NCBI GenBank assembly: GCA_965213705.1
Contig: OZ243913.1
Location: forward strand, 2,400,001-2,464,000
DNA: 64,000 nucleotides
Source: Trueperaceae bacterium
Lineage (GTDB): Bacteria; Deinococcota; Deinococci; Deinococcales; Trueperaceae
Reading direction: 5' to 3'
How positions within the stretch are numbered: position 1 is the stretch's first letter; the number at the start of each line of letters is the position of its first letter. Under the pieces are notes generated by a model. The model was not told where the DNA came from. It was given only the letters and a program-made list of their open reading frames with translations, and did no database searches. The translations under genes and the position numbers were made by a program. Below are positions 47,009 to 58,420 of this stretch, piece by piece.

Positions 47009-47257
47009 GGCTTTCCCCTTTCGTCCACTTTCACCAGAGTAGCAGGCGGCCGCGCCATAAGCTCTTCTTTGGGTTCACACGACCTTAAGCAAAGCCACAA
47101 AGTTTTCACGAGCGTGCCTGTTGTGAAAATAATAACTTGAGAGTTTGCTTGTGTTGCCGATAGGTCTTTACCGGTCGGGTCACCCGACCTAACGTACCGC
47201 CTCTTTCATGTCCGGTCCACCCAAAGCTTCAAACCCAAAGGGTATACTGCGCCCCTG

Positions 47258-47692
47258 ATGATGCTGAACAACCGACGAGCCAGGTTCGACTACGAAATTT
47301 TGGAGACGTTCGAGGCGGGCGTCGTCCTGACCGGCAGCGAGGTCAAGTCGTTGCGGCAGGGCGGCGCGTCCCTGGTGGGCGCGTACGCGCGCGTGAGTGG
47401 GGGAGAAGTGTGGCTCGAGGGTTTTACGATTCCGCCCTATTTCGAGGCGAGCTACAACAACCACGAGCCGCTCCGCCGCCGCAAACTCCTGTTGAGCAAA
47501 CGCGAAATCGCCGAAATCAAGCGCGGGCTCGAGCGGCGCGGCCTGACCCTCGTCCCGCTCAAGCTGTACTTCAAGGCGGGCTGGGTCAAGGTGAGCGTGG
47601 GCTTGGCGCGCGGCAAAAAGGTGCACGACAAACGCGAAACCCAGGCCAAACGCGACGCGCAACGGCAAATGGACCGCGCCGCCAAACGGTAA
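47258..47692 (+). CDS. smpB: SsrA-binding protein
   Basis: NRRARFDY, EAG.VL.GSEVKSLR, RKLLL and GKK.HDKR motifs. Confidence 0.97.
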   Translation: MMLNNRRARFDYEILETFEAGVVLTGSEVKSLRQGGASLVGAYARVSGGEVWLEGFTIPPYFEASYNNHEPLRRRKLLLSKREIAEIKRGLERRGLTLVPLKLYFKAGWVKVSVGLARGKKVHDKRETQAKRDAQRQMDRAAKR

Positions 47693-47702
47693 GCCGGGAA
47701 CC

Positions 47703-49130
47703 GTGACGACGTTCTGGAAACGGTGCGCCTATGCGTTCGTCCACGCCCTGGTCACTTCTGCCCTGGTCGCTTCTGCACAAAACCTCGTCGTCAACGGTCA
47801 ACCCGTCGCGGGTTTGAGCATCGTTCGCGGCAGTTCCTACGCGCCGGCCGACGCCCTCGGCGCGGCTTTGGGCGCGACCCCCTTTTACGACGCCACCGAA
47901 CAAGCCGTGACGTTCGACCTGGCCGGGCGACTGCTCAGCGTAACGCTCGGCGACGGTAGGAGCGCAGTCACACTGGACGGAGCGGCGCCCCCAAACGAGC
48001 GTGAAACCGCCCCGGACGAGGGAGGCGTGCTCGAGGGGGGGCGTTTTTACGTTCCGGTCAAGCGGGTCGTCGCCGCACTGGGCGGTACCGTTACTTGGTT
48101 GCCGAGTCAGCAAACCGTGATGGTGGTGTTGCCCCGCGCCGAGCTGCGCGGCTTCAAGGTGGACCGGCAAGCGGGTTACGAGCGTCTCGTTTTGGAGTTT
48201 GACGGTCTTACCGCTTTCGAAACCTATTTCAACCGTACGCTGGGAACTTTGCAACTGCGCTTCGAACGTGCCGACCTGCCCCCGGGGAGCCGTTTTCCGG
48301 CCCTGTCGGGCGACTTTTTTACGACGGCTGTCGTCACGGAGACCGCCGGCTACCTCGACCTCCGCGTCGAGGTGAGACCCGAGCACCGGTTTGAGAGTTA
48401 CGCCAGTCCGCGGCCGGGTGGTTTTGCAGTGGTCGTCGACCTGTTGCCCGACGCCGTCCCGGCCGCCGACACGGCGGCCGGGACGCGGCCCCTCGTCGTC
48501 ATCGACCCGGGTCACGGCGGCGCCGACGAGGGCTTGACGTTCGGGAGCACGACCGAAAAAGAGTTGCTGCTGCGCTTCGCGCTGGCGCTGCAAGACGCCC
48601 TCGCGAGCGCCGACGTAGACGTTTCCCTGACGCGCAGTGACGACGTTTCGGTGCCGGTCGGTCTTCGGTCGCAGGCGGGCGTCGGGGCGCGCTTGTTTTT
48701 GTCGTTGCACGCTGCGGACTTATCGGCGGGCCAGTTCAACCTTTACTACCTGGGCGACGGCGACCTCAGCTCGGTGTCGGCCTTGCGCGACAACGCCGCG
48801 GCAGCCGTCACCGCCCCCGATACCGACGCGCTGCGCCGGCGGATTCTGCTCGACCTCGTACCCGACTTGGCCCTGGGTGAAAGTTACGCGCGCGACCTCG
48901 GCCGTGACCTCAGCAACAACCTCGGCGGCAATGACTTCGGCGGCAATATCGGCGGTCAGCTTGACGGCTCGGTGCGAGCGGCGACCCCGGCACCGCTCGC
49001 GGTGTTGTCCGGCGCGGCGGGCCGCGGCGTGTTGTTAGAGCTGAGCCCCGACGACCTCGCCGACGACACGCTGGTCGCGCCGCTCGCCGCCGCCCTTTTG
49101 AAGGTGCTGGCACCGGGCGATGCCGACTAA
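47703..49130 (+). CDS. N-acetylmuramoyl-L-alanine amidase family protein
   Basis: Signal peptide; VIDPGHGG.D.G, EK, FLSLHA and LLEL motifs. Confidence 0.8.
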   Translation: MTTFWKRCAYAFVHALVTSALVASAQNLVVNGQPVAGLSIVRGSSYAPADALGAALGATPFYDATEQAVTFDLAGRLLSVTLGDGRSAVTLDGAAPPNERETAPDEGGVLEGGRFYVPVKRVVAALGGTVTWLPSQQTVMVVLPRAELRGFKVDRQAGYERLVLEFDGLTAFETYFNRTLGTLQLRFERADLPPGSRFPALSGDFFTTAVVTETAGYLDLRVEVRPEHRFESYASPRPGGFAVVVDLLPDAVPAADTAAGTRPLVVIDPGHGGADEGLTFGSTTEKELLLRFALALQDALASADVDVSLTRSDDVSVPVGLRSQAGVGARLFLSLHAADLSAGQFNLYYLGDGDLSSVSALRDNAAAAVTAPDTDALRRRILLDLVPDLALGESYARDLGRDLSNNLGGNDFGGNIGGQLDGSVRAATPAPLAVLSGAAGRGVLLELSPDDLADDTLVAPLAAALLKVLAPGDAD

Positions 49131-49677
49131 ACGCTTCTGGGCCGTACTCCTGAGCGCGCCCGCGCTGTTGGGCGGCCTCGTTTTGTTGGCCGGAGGCGTT
49201 GCGGTTGTACGCGTCCTACCCGCCCCTCGCCCTCCGCTGGTTCAGCTCGAGCCCAGCCCGGACGCCCCCTTAGTCCCGACCGAGGTAGAACTCACGCTCT
49301 TTTCGCCGGGACAAGGGGGGCGCCCGGTAGAGCAGCCCGTTTTCGTCCAGCTCACGCTGCCCGAAGACGCTACGGGCCGTTTTGAACGTATCGCCGCCGA
49401 ACTGCGCGCTCAACTGCTCGCTACCTTGTGGCCCGCAGCCTTGCCCGCACCGACCGTGTTCGAAGTCGACGCCGCCAACGGCGCGCAGACAATAGTCGTC
49501 CTCGACTTTAGCGTCGACGCTGTTGCCGTGGACGTCGAGACCGAACTGTTGCTGCTCCGGTCCATACACGCGACCCTGCTCAGAAACGGTGCCGACCGCG
49601 TGCAGATTCTGGTCAACCACGCGGAGAGCGCAAGCTTTCTGGGCCACGTCGCGCTCGCCGCGGTGCTCGAGAACTGA
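49120..49677 (+). CDS. GerMN-like domain protein
   Basis: N-terminal TM; E.LLL.SI..TL...V.ILVN....FLGHV.L; coupled to the amidase gene. Confidence 0.65.
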   Translation: MPTKRFWAVLLSAPALLGGLVLLAGGVAVVRVLPAPRPPLVQLEPSPDAPLVPTEVELTLFSPGQGGRPVEQPVFVQLTLPEDATGRFERIAAELRAQLLATLWPAALPAPTVFEVDAANGAQTIVVLDFSVDAVAVDVETELLLLRSIHATLLRNGADRVQILVNHAESASFLGHVALAAVLEN

Positions 49678-49680
49678 GGT

Positions 49681-50121
49681 TTGAACTTGCCTGAACTAGA
49701 GATTATGAAAGCCCTTATCGACTACACTCGGGAGCGGGCTCTGGAGAACAAGACCTTCACCGGGGCGTTCATCGTCAAAAACGGTGAAATTATCTACAAA
49801 ACCGTCACCACTATAGAACCCGACAAAAACCCCTTGGCTCACGCCGAGCTTAAGGCGGTTCAGGCCTCTGTCCTAGCTTACGGTCCCGACTTGAACGGGT
49901 GTCATCTTTACACCACCCAACAACCCTGTCCCATGTGCGCTTCGGCAATGGTCTGGAGCGGTATAGAGAAAGTGGTTTACGGGGTGCCGTCTGACCGGCA
50001 GTGGAAAACCTTCGACCACATCCACAAATTTTTCGCCGACCTTGGGGTTGAGTGCGTGGGGCCTTTTTTAGAGGACGAATGCCGGGACATAGACGCTTAC
50101 CTTGTCGCTCACGGTATTTAA
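49681..50121 (+). CDS. Nucleoside deaminase (cytidine/guanine deaminase-like)
   Basis: AHAE and PCPMC zinc-binding motifs. Confidence 0.88.
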   Translation: MNLPELEIMKALIDYTRERALENKTFTGAFIVKNGEIIYKTVTTIEPDKNPLAHAELKAVQASVLAYGPDLNGCHLYTTQQPCPMCASAMVWSGIEKVVYGVPSDRQWKTFDHIHKFFADLGVECVGPFLEDECRDIDAYLVAHGI

Positions 50122-50236
50122 GCTTACAGTGAACTTGCAACCACAAGTTCACCTGAGAGGTGCTGAAAACTTTCAAAGCTTGAAGGCGCTGCACCATCTC
50201 AACCCCGACACCTCTTCATGCTCGTGAGAGGGCGAA

Positions 50237-51535
50237 TCAGGGATACATCCGCGTCAACATCCGCGGAAATGGAATCACCTCGCGCAGGTGCTGGACGCCG
50301 GTAATCCAGGCGAGCGTGCGTTCCAAGCCCAGCCCGAAGCCCGAGTGCGGCACGCTGCCGTGTTTGCGCAGGTCGAGGTACCAGCCGAACGCCGCCTCGG
50401 GCAACCCGTGCTCGGCAATCCGCCGCTTGAGCAACTCGTAGTCGTGGATGCGCTGCGAACCGCCGATAAGTTCGCCGTACCCTTCCGGCCCGATGAGGTC
50501 GTCGCACTTCACCCGGGTCGGGTCGTCTTCAAAGGGCTGCATGTAAAACGCCTTGGTCTGCGTCGGCCAGGCTTCGACGAACACGGGCCGGTCGTAAGCG
50601 TCGCCGAGCGCGGTTTCGTGCGGCGCGCCGAAGTCGTCGCCCCAAGCGAGCGGCAGACCCTTTTCCGCCAAAAAGGCCAGCGCCGCGTCGTAGGTCAGCC
50701 GCGGGAAGTTACCCTGCGCGGTGGGAAAGAGTTTGCTCGTGTCGCGCTCTAAGATGTCCAGCTCGAGCTTTTTCTCCTCCAACACCCGGCCGACGAGGTA
50801 CGCCAAGAAGTCTTCTTGCAGTTTGAGGTTGCCCTCGTGCTCCAAGTAGGCGACCTCGGGCTCTATCATCCAAAACTCGAGCAAATGCCGGCGCGTTTTG
50901 GACTTTTCGGCGCGAAAGGTCGGCCCGAAGGTGTAGACCTTGCCGAAAGCGAGCGCGCCCGCCTCGGCGTAGAGTTGTCCGGACTGTGACAGGTAAGCTT
51001 TCTCCTCGCCGAACAGGTCTATTTCGAACAGGTTGGTCGTGCCCTCGACCGCCGTGGGCATAAAAAAGGGCGCGTCGAAGCGCAAAAAGCCGCGCTCGTG
51101 GAAAAAGTCGTGGACGCCCCTAACAAGTTCGTCGCGCACCCGCAAAATCGCCCAGGGCGCGCGGTGGCGCAAGTAGAGGTGGCGGTTCTCCATCAAAAAG
51201 TCGACACCGTGCTCTTTGGGCGTCAGGGGGTAGTCTCGGGACGAGCCGACAGCTTCCAAACCCGTCACGCCGAGTTCGACGCCGCTCGGGGCGCGCGTGT
51301 CCGCGCGGACCTCACCCGTCACCACCACGCTGGTCTCCTGGGACAAGGTTTTGGCCGTTTCGAACACGGTCTCGTCGACTTCGTTTTTCACGACCACGCC
51401 CTGCACGAAGCCGGTGCCGTCCCGAAGCTGTAAAAACGCGATTTTGCCGCTGCTGCGCGAGTTCGTCAGCCAAGCCCGCAGCGTGACCGTGTCGCCTTTG
51501 TGTCGGGGTAAGTCTTCGATGTAAACCTGAGCCAT
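50237..51535 (-). CDS. asnS: Asparagine--tRNA ligase
   Basis: OB fold, [33 protein letters not shown] and GFGLG.ER motifs. Confidence 0.96.
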   Translation of the reverse strand: MAQVYIEDLPRHKGDTVTLRAWLTNSRSSGKIAFLQLRDGTGFVQGVVVKNEVDETVFETAKTLSQETSVVVTGEVRADTRAPSGVELGVTGLEAVGSSRDYPLTPKEHGVDFLMENRHLYLRHRAPWAILRVRDELVRGVHDFFHERGFLRFDAPFFMPTAVEGTTNLFEIDLFGEEKAYLSQSGQLYAEAGALAFGKVYTFGPTFRAEKSKTRRHLLEFWMIEPEVAYLEHEGNLKLQEDFLAYLVGRVLEEKKLELDILERDTSKLFPTAQGNFPRLTYDAALAFLAEKGLPLAWGDDFGAPHETALGDAYDRPVFVEAWPTQTKAFYMQPFEDDPTRVKCDDLIGPEGYGELIGGSQRIHDYELLKRRIAEHGLPEAAFGWYLDLRKHGSVPHSGFGLGLERTLAWITGVQHLREVIPFPRMLTRMYP

Positions 51536-51642
51536 AAAGAAAGTCTAACAAACCGGCGGGCGGGCAAAGGTACAGAAGTCGAGCAGGGGAGACCAAGAGG
51601 CTGCAACCCCTTGTTCACTCCTAAGGTCCTCGGTATTTTTTC

Positions 51643-52455
51643 CTAGTCCTCGAGGGCTTGCGTCAAAGCGCTCTCGATGATGCCGACGACGCCGCACGCG
51701 TCGACCTTGCCCGCGACGGTGCCGTAGCGGCTTTTGAGGTCGTCGGGCGCGTCCCCCATCACGACCGGAAAACCGACCTCGTCCAGCATCGGCACGTCGC
51801 CCGAGCTGTCACCGATGCCGACGACGTCGCGCAGTGAAATCTTCAAGGTATCAGCCAAGATATGCGTCGCCGTGCCTTTGGACACGCCCGTCTGAGTAAC
51901 GCTGATAAACAGCACGTTCGGAAGCGCGGGCGCGGTCGCCCGGCTCGCCTGCACGCCGGCGAGGTCGCCGACGTCGACGCGCGCCTCTTGGTCTTTTTTG
52001 ACTACCCACTGCGCCCGGACGACGGGTTCGTTCGACGCGACTTCGGCCAAGTCGCGGACGATGGGCGTGACGCCTATCATCTTGGCGTGCGCCTCGCTCA
52101 GCGGCGTTTTGCGTTCGACGAACAAGGTGGTCGGGCTGTACAACTCCAGGGTAAGACCCAAGTTGCGGGCGCGTTCGACCAAAACCAGGGTGTTGGCCTC
52201 CGGCAGGGCGAAGACTTTGAGCGCCTCGCCCGAGGCGTAGGCGATTTGCGCCCCGCTTTGAAACACGTGCGGCGTGTTCGGCCCCAGCCGCTTGGCGACC
52301 TTTTGCGCCACGCCCGCACACGGTCGGCCGGTACAAACCGCAAACTTCATGCCTGCCTCACGCGCCTTGTCGACCACTTTCCACACGCAGTCGTCGACGT
52401 GACCTTTGGAGCCGATGATGGTACCGTCCAGGTCGAGGACGACCAGCGGTATCAC
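51643..52455 (-). CDS. Cof-type HAD-IIB hydrolase
   Basis: DLDGT, CTGR, SKG and GDS.GD..M motifs. Confidence 0.9.
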   Translation of the reverse strand: MIPLVVLDLDGTIIGSKGHVDDCVWKVVDKAREAGMKFAVCTGRPCAGVAQKVAKRLGPNTPHVFQSGAQIAYASGEALKVFALPEANTLVLVERARNLGLTLELYSPTTLFVERKTPLSEAHAKMIGVTPIVRDLAEVASNEPVVRAQWVVKKDQEARVDVGDLAGVQASRATAPALPNVLFISVTQTGVSKGTATHILADTLKISLRDVVGIGDSSGDVPMLDEVGFPVVMGDAPDDLKSRYGTVAGKVDACGVVGIIESALTQALED

Positions 52456-54296
52456 GCGGTGACCTCGGGACTGGTAGCCCCGGTCTCGGCCACGTCGGTC
52501 TCGGCCACGTCGGTCCCAATCACGTCGGTCTCGGCGCGCCCGGTGACGGTTTCCAACCCGAGTTCACCGAGTTGCGCGGTTTCCAAGGGGCTGGGCGCGT
52601 GGGTCAGCGGGTCCACGCCGCGCTGGTTTTTCGGAAACGCGATGACGTCGCGAATGCTCTTCGCGCCCGCCAAAAGCATGACCAACCGGTCCAAACCCCA
52701 GGCGACGCCGCCGTGGGGCGGCGCGCCGTAACGAAGGGCGTCCAGGAAAAAGCCGAAACGCCGCTGCGCTTCGGCCTCGGAAAACCCGAGCGCTTTGAAC
52801 ATGCGGCGCTGCACGTCCAGGCGATGAATCCGCAAGCTGCCGCCGCCGATTTCGTGGCCGTTCAGAACAAGGTCGTAGGCGTAAGCCTTGACGCTGCCGG
52901 GGTCGCTCTCGAGCCGTTCCAAGTCCGCTTCGACCGGTTGCGTAAAGGGGTGGTGCATGTAGGTAAAACCGCCGGAGGCGTCGGCTTCCAGCAGCGGAAA
53001 GTCCAGCACCCACAAAAATGCCAAAATCGTTTCGTCGGCGAGGTCCAAGTCGCGTCCGAGTTTGAGGCGCACCGCGCCCAAGGCTTCGCACGCCGCTCGC
53101 CAAGCGTCGGTCACTATCAACAGCAAGTCCCCGTCGGCCAGGCTCGCCAGCAGGTCGGCCCGTTCGGCGTCGCTCAAAAACTTGGCAATCGGCCCGCTCA
53201 GCTCGCCGCCCGCGCGGCGCAGCCAGGCCAACGCCTTCGCGCCGTGCGTTTTGGCGTGAGCCTCGAGGGCGTCTACACCCTTGCGGGACAGGTTGCCCGC
53301 CAGTTCCGCAGGCACCCGCAACGCCTTGACCGCGCCGCCCGCGGCCAGCGCTCCGGCAAAGCCGCGAAACTCGGTGTTTTGAAACGTGTTCGACAAGTCG
53401 CTCAGCTCGAGTCCGAAGCGCACGTCGGGTTTGTCCGAACCGTAGCGGTTCATCGCGTCCTCAAAGGACAAGCGCGCAAAGGGCGTGGCGACACTGCGCC
53501 CCAACGCCTCTTGCACCACGTACTGCATCAAACCCTCGTTGAGCGTCAACACGTCGTCCTGGTCGACGAACGACATTTCCAGGTCGAGCTGGGTAAAGTC
53601 GGGCTGGCGGTCGGCGCGCAGGTCTTCGTCGCGAAAACAGCGCGCGATTTGAAAGTAGCGGTCGAAACCCGCCATCATCAGCATTTGTTTGAACAGCTGC
53701 GGGGACTGCGGCAGCGCGTAAAAGCTTCCCGGGCTGAGCCGCGACGGCACCACGAAGTCGCGCGCGCCTTCGGGTGTGGACAGGGTCAAGAGCGGCGTTT
53801 CGACCTGGACGAAACCCGCCTCGTCCAAATAGTCCCAAACGGCTTTGGAAACGACGTGGCGCAGTAGCAGCGGTGCGGCCGCCTCGGGTCGGCGCAGGTC
53901 CAGGTACCGGTGCTTGAGCCGCAACTCTTCGCTGACCTCGCCGGCGTCCACGCTGCCGTCGACCAAAAAGGGCGGCGTCTCGGCTTCGGACAGCACGGTG
54001 AGGCGGTTGACGAGAACCTCAACTTCACCGGTTTCACGTTTGCCGCTGCGCTGGCCTTCGGGCCGCAAACGAACTGTCCCGGCCAGCTCTACGACGTACT
54101 CGCTCCGCACCTGTTCGGCCGTGGCAAAAGCGTCGCTCTCAGGCTCGACGACCACCTGAACCAGTCCGCCGCGGTCGCGCAGGTCGATAAAGACGAGACC
54201 GCCTAAGTCGCGGCGGCGGTTGACCCAGCCTTGCAGGACAACGGGCTCGCCCACGTGTTCGGCGCGCAAGTCGCCCGCGTAGTGTGTGCGTTTCAT
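52452..54296 (-). CDS. aspS: Aspartate--tRNA ligase
   Basis: RRDLGG, PEGARDF, LPQSPQ.FKQ, FRDED.RADRQP and GAPPHGG motifs. Confidence 0.96.
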   Translation of the reverse strand: MKRTHYAGDLRAEHVGEPVVLQGWVNRRRDLGGLVFIDLRDRGGLVQVVVEPESDAFATAEQVRSEYVVELAGTVRLRPEGQRSGKRETGEVEVLVNRLTVLSEAETPPFLVDGSVDAGEVSEELRLKHRYLDLRRPEAAAPLLLRHVVSKAVWDYLDEAGFVQVETPLLTLSTPEGARDFVVPSRLSPGSFYALPQSPQLFKQMLMMAGFDRYFQIARCFRDEDLRADRQPDFTQLDLEMSFVDQDDVLTLNEGLMQYVVQEALGRSVATPFARLSFEDAMNRYGSDKPDVRFGLELSDLSNTFQNTEFRGFAGALAAGGAVKALRVPAELAGNLSRKGVDALEAHAKTHGAKALAWLRRAGGELSGPIAKFLSDAERADLLASLADGDLLLIVTDAWRAACEALGAVRLKLGRDLDLADETILAFLWVLDFPLLEADASGGFTYMHHPFTQPVEADLERLESDPGSVKAYAYDLVLNGHEIGGGSLRIHRLDVQRRMFKALGFSEAEAQRRFGFFLDALRYGAPPHGGVAWGLDRLVMLLAGAKSIRDVIAFPKNQRGVDPLTHAPSPLETAQLGELGLETVTGRAETDVIGTDVAETDVAETGATSPEVTA

Positions 54297-54406
54297 GGTT
54301 CACCTGGTCTTTCACTAATGTTCGGGGCAAGTTTGACCTACTCGGGCAACCACAAGGAGACGACTGCACCGAAAAAGAGTCTAGCCGGATTCACGACCTC
54401 AGAGTG

Positions 54407-55518
54407 TAATACGAATTCCGAGTATTTCCGCATCACACTCTGGGCCACCAGTGGTAGAGGGTTTCGCTGGAGAGTAGCTGGGGCTGGGTCAGTAGAAAAG
54501 CGCAGCGTTCACTAAGCTGCTGTTGGAGTTGGTCAAGGGTGTCGAAGGTTTTGTTGACAAGCGGCTCGTCGGTTAGCCGCCATAACCTTTCGGCGGGTTG
54601 CAACTCGGGTGAGTAGGGCGGCAGGTCGATGAGTTCGATGCCTGAGGGAGGCTCGAGGCGCTTAGAGGTATGCCAACCGGCTTGGTCTTGCAACAGTAAG
54701 ATGTGTTTATGCTCAGAAGCGCCGACACTTTGAGCGAAGTTTTTTAGAACGCAGCTGTAAGCCTCTACACTTACCGTCGGCAAGATGTACCAAACGCTTT
54801 GACCGCTTTGCGGATTCACAAACGCCCACAAGTACAGCCACTGGTAACGGTGCTGCACACGGATGATAGGACGTTGGCCTCTTGATTCCCAAACTTTACG
54901 CAAAATAGGTTTGAGGCCGAGCCGGTGCTCGTCCATCGTCCAAACTTCAACCTGTTCGTGTTGTTGACGAGCTTGGGCTACAAGAGTCGGGAGGGTGTTT
55001 TTTTGAACTCGTCTTGCAAGGCCAGGTCAGCTTTGGCGTGCTGGGGACGTGGGCTCTGCAGGCTGAAGCCGAGCGTGTCGAGCAGTTCATAGGCTCTTTG
55101 CAGGTAAACCTCTTTGTCCAAGTTCTCTTTAATCCAACGTTGAATCCTGATAGCGCTCCACACACCCTCTTCCTCGCGGTTCGCTTGTATTGCCCTTAAA
55201 AGTTGAGCGCGTTCGCTTTCATCAAGAAGCGGTGGACAACCGGGATTTTCATGGCGGCGGTCACGCAAGCCTACTAGCCCTTCAGTGTTGTAACGCTTGA
55301 CGACTTCGCAGATGCTGATACGGTTGTAGGCCGTGAGCTTGACTACTTCGCCGCGGCTTTTGCCCTCGGCTAAAAACCAAACCACCTGAAGTCTGCGCCG
55401 TTCGACCGCGTCGCCGCTGGCCCGGTAGTAAGCTCGTAGTTCTTCGACGCTGTGTTGCAGTTTGAGCGGGATGAGCTTAGCCATGAGCAATGATAGCGGA
55501 TTTTTAGGAAACCGTATA
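54407..55518 (-). mobile_element. IS630-family insertion sequence
   Basis: Imperfect terminal inverted repeats (ATACGAATTCC...TCCGC versus ATACGGTTTCC...TCCGC) with TA at both ends; lower GC; split transposase. Confidence 0.85.
54433..55484 (-). CDS. IS630 transposase: HTH ORF (54978-55484) and DDE ORF joined by a -1 shift at the A7 run (54998-55004)
   Basis: PRP.H...Q.EFKK junction; DE, D.AGWH and LPPYSPELQPAE.LW motifs. Confidence 0.85.
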
Positions 55519-55614
55519 ACACCGTTCAGTTCGTCGCCGGCGTGCCCTAAAAAAGGCGGTTGCCTTGGGGCAGCCGCCTCGAGTCTCTCAAAATACTCAG
55601 GACAGGTCAAAGGG

Positions 55615-55974
55615 TCACGGCAGGTTCGCGGGCAACCCGTTGCTGCGCACGCCGTCGACCATGACAAAAATGAAGCCCGAGCCCGCCCCGTCGGGAATGC
55701 CGACCTCGATGCGCGACGGGCTCCAGCTGAGGGCGTTGACCCGCACGCCGCCCCGGCCGGCCACGTCGGCGCCCAAAAGGACGTAGCTGTCGGCAGCTTG
55801 TCCCAACAAACCGTCGCCGAAATAGCGCCCCTGCAGCACGACCGGAGCGTCGCGCGTTTGGGGAGCGGTCACCGAATACAGCGTCGGCAAGACCTGGTTC
55901 TCGATGCTGACCGTGGGCGCGCAGGCCGCCAACAGCAGCAGCAGACCTCCCAGCCCTAGCTTCAAAACCTTCAC
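55615..55974 (-). CDS. IPT/TIG-like domain lipoprotein
   Basis: Lipobox LAAC; L.G.YFG...SWS...I...IP.GA.SG...V...G..SN; RBS GGAGG. Confidence 0.75.
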   Translation of the reverse strand: MKVLKLGLGGLLLLLAACAPTVSIENQVLPTLYSVTAPQTRDAPVVLQGRYFGDGLLGQAADSYVLLGADVAGRGGVRVNALSWSPSRIEVGIPDGAGSGFIFVMVDGVRSNGLPANLP

Positions 55975-56125
55975 ATGAGCCTCCTGCGAGCATGGTAAGC
56001 CCACCGTGCGAGCACCGTCGGTGCAAAGTTTCATAGTCATGGTTTCATAATCACGGTTTTAGAGTCACGCGTGTGGCGTCACGACCGACTCGGGGCCGCG
56101 CTCTTTTCGCGGACCTGCGGCCGCC

Positions 56126-57070
56126 CTACGCCGCACCCGACACGGGCCGGGCCTCGGTCAGCTCTTTGGCCTCGGCGTACTTCCGCGGTACCACCAAGAG
56201 CGCGCCGCCCGGCACCACGCGGGCGCTAAAGGGCGTTTCGCCGACCGCCTCGCCGTCCAGCTCGAGCTTTAAAGGCGGGTCCGCCTCGACGCGCACCTCG
56301 GAACCCGAAAAATACTGCAGGTCGCGGTAGTTTTCAAACCGCTTGGTGGCGAGCCGGAACACGAGTTTGAGAATTCCGCCGAAACTGTTCGGCGAGGCGA
56401 CGGCTAAGTTCAGCTTGCCGTCGTGCGGGTTCATGTCTTTGCCGAGCGCGAAGCCGGTCCCCAAAATTTCGCCGACGTTGACGAGCATCACCGTGTGCGC
56501 TCGGAACCTATGGGTCTCGCCGTCCAGCTCGAGCGTGATGCTCGAGCGCTTTAAGTTGTAGAGGTTTTTGACGCCGGTCACCACGTACGCAAAAAAGCCC
56601 AAACGGTTTTTGATTTCTCGCGAGGCGTCTTCTATGAGCGAGGCGTCCCAACCCGCCCCGGCCACGAGCGAGAAGTAGAGGTCTTTTTCGGGCAAATAGC
56701 CCACGTCGAGCGGGACGACGACGCCGTTTAGGGCGACCTCCAGGGCCTCTTCCACGTTCACCGGAATGCCGAGGGCTCTAGCCAGCAAGTTGGCCGTACC
56801 GCCGGGCAACTGCGCCAAAGGGATGTCGCGCTCGTTGTTGATGAGGCCGGTCATCGTTTCCATCACCGTGCCGTCGCCCCCGTAGACGAGGACGAGGTCG
56901 GTGTCGGCCTCTTCGGCCCACGTCCTGGCGTCGCCTTCGCCCTTGGTTTCACGCACCTCGAACGTGACTCCGGCAGCTTCTAGGTACGTTTCGACTTGAC
57001 CTCGTAACGCGTCATGGTCTTTCTGCCCCGAAACCGGGTTCATGATAATGAGCGCGCGCGTGTTCGACAT
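56126..57070 (-). CDS. Diacylglycerol kinase family lipid kinase (YegS/DgkB-like)
   Basis: NP.SG, GGDGT, P.GTANL.AR and DGE motifs. Confidence 0.9.
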   Translation of the reverse strand: MSNTRALIIMNPVSGQKDHDALRGQVETYLEAAGVTFEVRETKGEGDARTWAEEADTDLVLVYGGDGTVMETMTGLINNERDIPLAQLPGGTANLLARALGIPVNVEEALEVALNGVVVPLDVGYLPEKDLYFSLVAGAGWDASLIEDASREIKNRLGFFAYVVTGVKNLYNLKRSSITLELDGETHRFRAHTVMLVNVGEILGTGFALGKDMNPHDGKLNLAVASPNSFGGILKLVFRLATKRFENYRDLQYFSGSEVRVEADPPLKLELDGEAVGETPFSARVVPGGALLVVPRKYAEAKELTEARPVSGAA

Positions 57071-57200
57071 GGCAATCCCCTTTGCTGCTCAAGCGTTGGT
57101 GAGCCCCGGGTCGTATTGTATTGTGTCTTCAAGGGTTACCTGTGTCTTCAACGGGCTGTGTCTGCAACGGCCGCCGGGGAACCGTAAACGGGTTCGCGCC

Positions 57201-58166
57201 TCACCCGCGCTTTTCGGGCGCAGGCAACCACAGCTCGAGCGCTCTAGGCAACACTTCGACCCTCAAGGTCGCGGCTGTCAGCCGGTCCGTTGCCAGCCGG
57301 TCCGTTGCCAGCCGGTCCGTCGGCAGGGCTTCGGCGCGCGCCGCCCCAAGGTGCCCGCGCACCTCCGCGTCCGCGTGCAGCGGCTCACCGTGCCAAGTCA
57401 GGGTTACTTCTTTCGCCAACATGCGCCGAACGTTGGGTAAATTTTCGAACTTGCCCTGCAACAGGCTCGTGGCGTAGTCGAACAGGGTCACGTTTTCGGG
57501 CTCGAGGACCAGCACCACGTCAAAACGGCCGTCGGTCGGGTCGGCCTGGGGGGCCAGGGCCAAACGCGGCCCGGTTTCTTGGGTGTTGAGCACTTCTAAG
57601 GCGACGTAACGGCCCGACACGTCCCGGCCGTCGACCGCGACTTGCCAGTGGCGCGCCTCGTACGCGATGAGGATATCGCGTACGGACCTCGACGCGCGCA
57701 CCACGCTCTTGCCCAGTTCCGGGTCGTAGTCCTCCAGCAGGTCGGCAAAAAGCCCGACCCCCAGCGCTTCCAAAAAGTACGTCTCGCCCCAGGGACCCGT
57801 CACCTTGCCCACGTCATAGCGGCAGCGCCGCGCGCGCTCGAGGCCGCGGACAATGTCCAAAGGTTTTCCCGCAACGCCCAGCGTGCGCGCAACGTTGTTG
57901 GATGTTCCGGCCGGGATGATTGCCAGGGCGGTTTCGCTGTCGAGAAGCCGCGTCGCCACCGCGCGCACCGTGCCGTCGCCGCCGACCGCGACCACCAGTT
58001 CGCCGGGGTCTCTCAAGGCAAGGTCCAGGTCGGCCTCGCCTTCGGTGTAAGGGTAAACGGCGTGAAAGCCCTCGTCGTAAAGTGCTTTCAAAAGGTCGTG
58101 GGGGGACACCCCGCCGGCCCCGCCTGAGTTCGGGTTATAAATGAGGGTCGCTTTTCGTTTCGTCAT
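57201..58166 (-). CDS. Diacylglycerol kinase family protein
   Basis: NPNSG, GGDGT, P.GT.NN.AR and DG.FDV motifs. Confidence 0.88.
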   Translation of the reverse strand: MTKRKATLIYNPNSGGAGGVSPHDLLKALYDEGFHAVYPYTEGEADLDLALRDPGELVVAVGGDGTVRAVATRLLDSETALAIIPAGTSNNVARTLGVAGKPLDIVRGLERARRCRYDVGKVTGPWGETYFLEALGVGLFADLLEDYDPELGKSVVRASRSVRDILIAYEARHWQVAVDGRDVSGRYVALEVLNTQETGPRLALAPQADPTDGRFDVVLVLEPENVTLFDYATSLLQGKFENLPNVRRMLAKEVTLTWHGEPLHADAEVRGHLGAARAEALPTDRLATDRLATDRLTAATLRVEVLPRALELWLPAPEKRG

Positions 58167-58420
58167 CGGTTCTCGGTCAAGCCTCGGTTGTCAAACTTTA
58201 GTCTTCGCGTGTTTTTCAGTCGCCGGGTCGCGGCCGGCAAAGCCGGGGCGTTCGGGCTACACGGGTTTCTCTTCAACTATAAGACACCGCAAAGCTACAA
58301 GCGAGCACAGGTTACCGTGCCGCGGTGTAGCTCGGGATACCCGTGTAGCACTTTAGCCTACGCGGGCCTTCTAAGGTGAGCGCACCGCGCGGTGCTGTGC
58401 AGTGCTGTAAACTGGCCTGA

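Noticed and set aside
47090..47150. Structured RNA between the DUF4384-like gene and smpB
   Set aside because: Only a weak AT-rich imperfect inverted repeat (TTTTCAC/GTGAAAA) in a divergent promoter region; too little to call.
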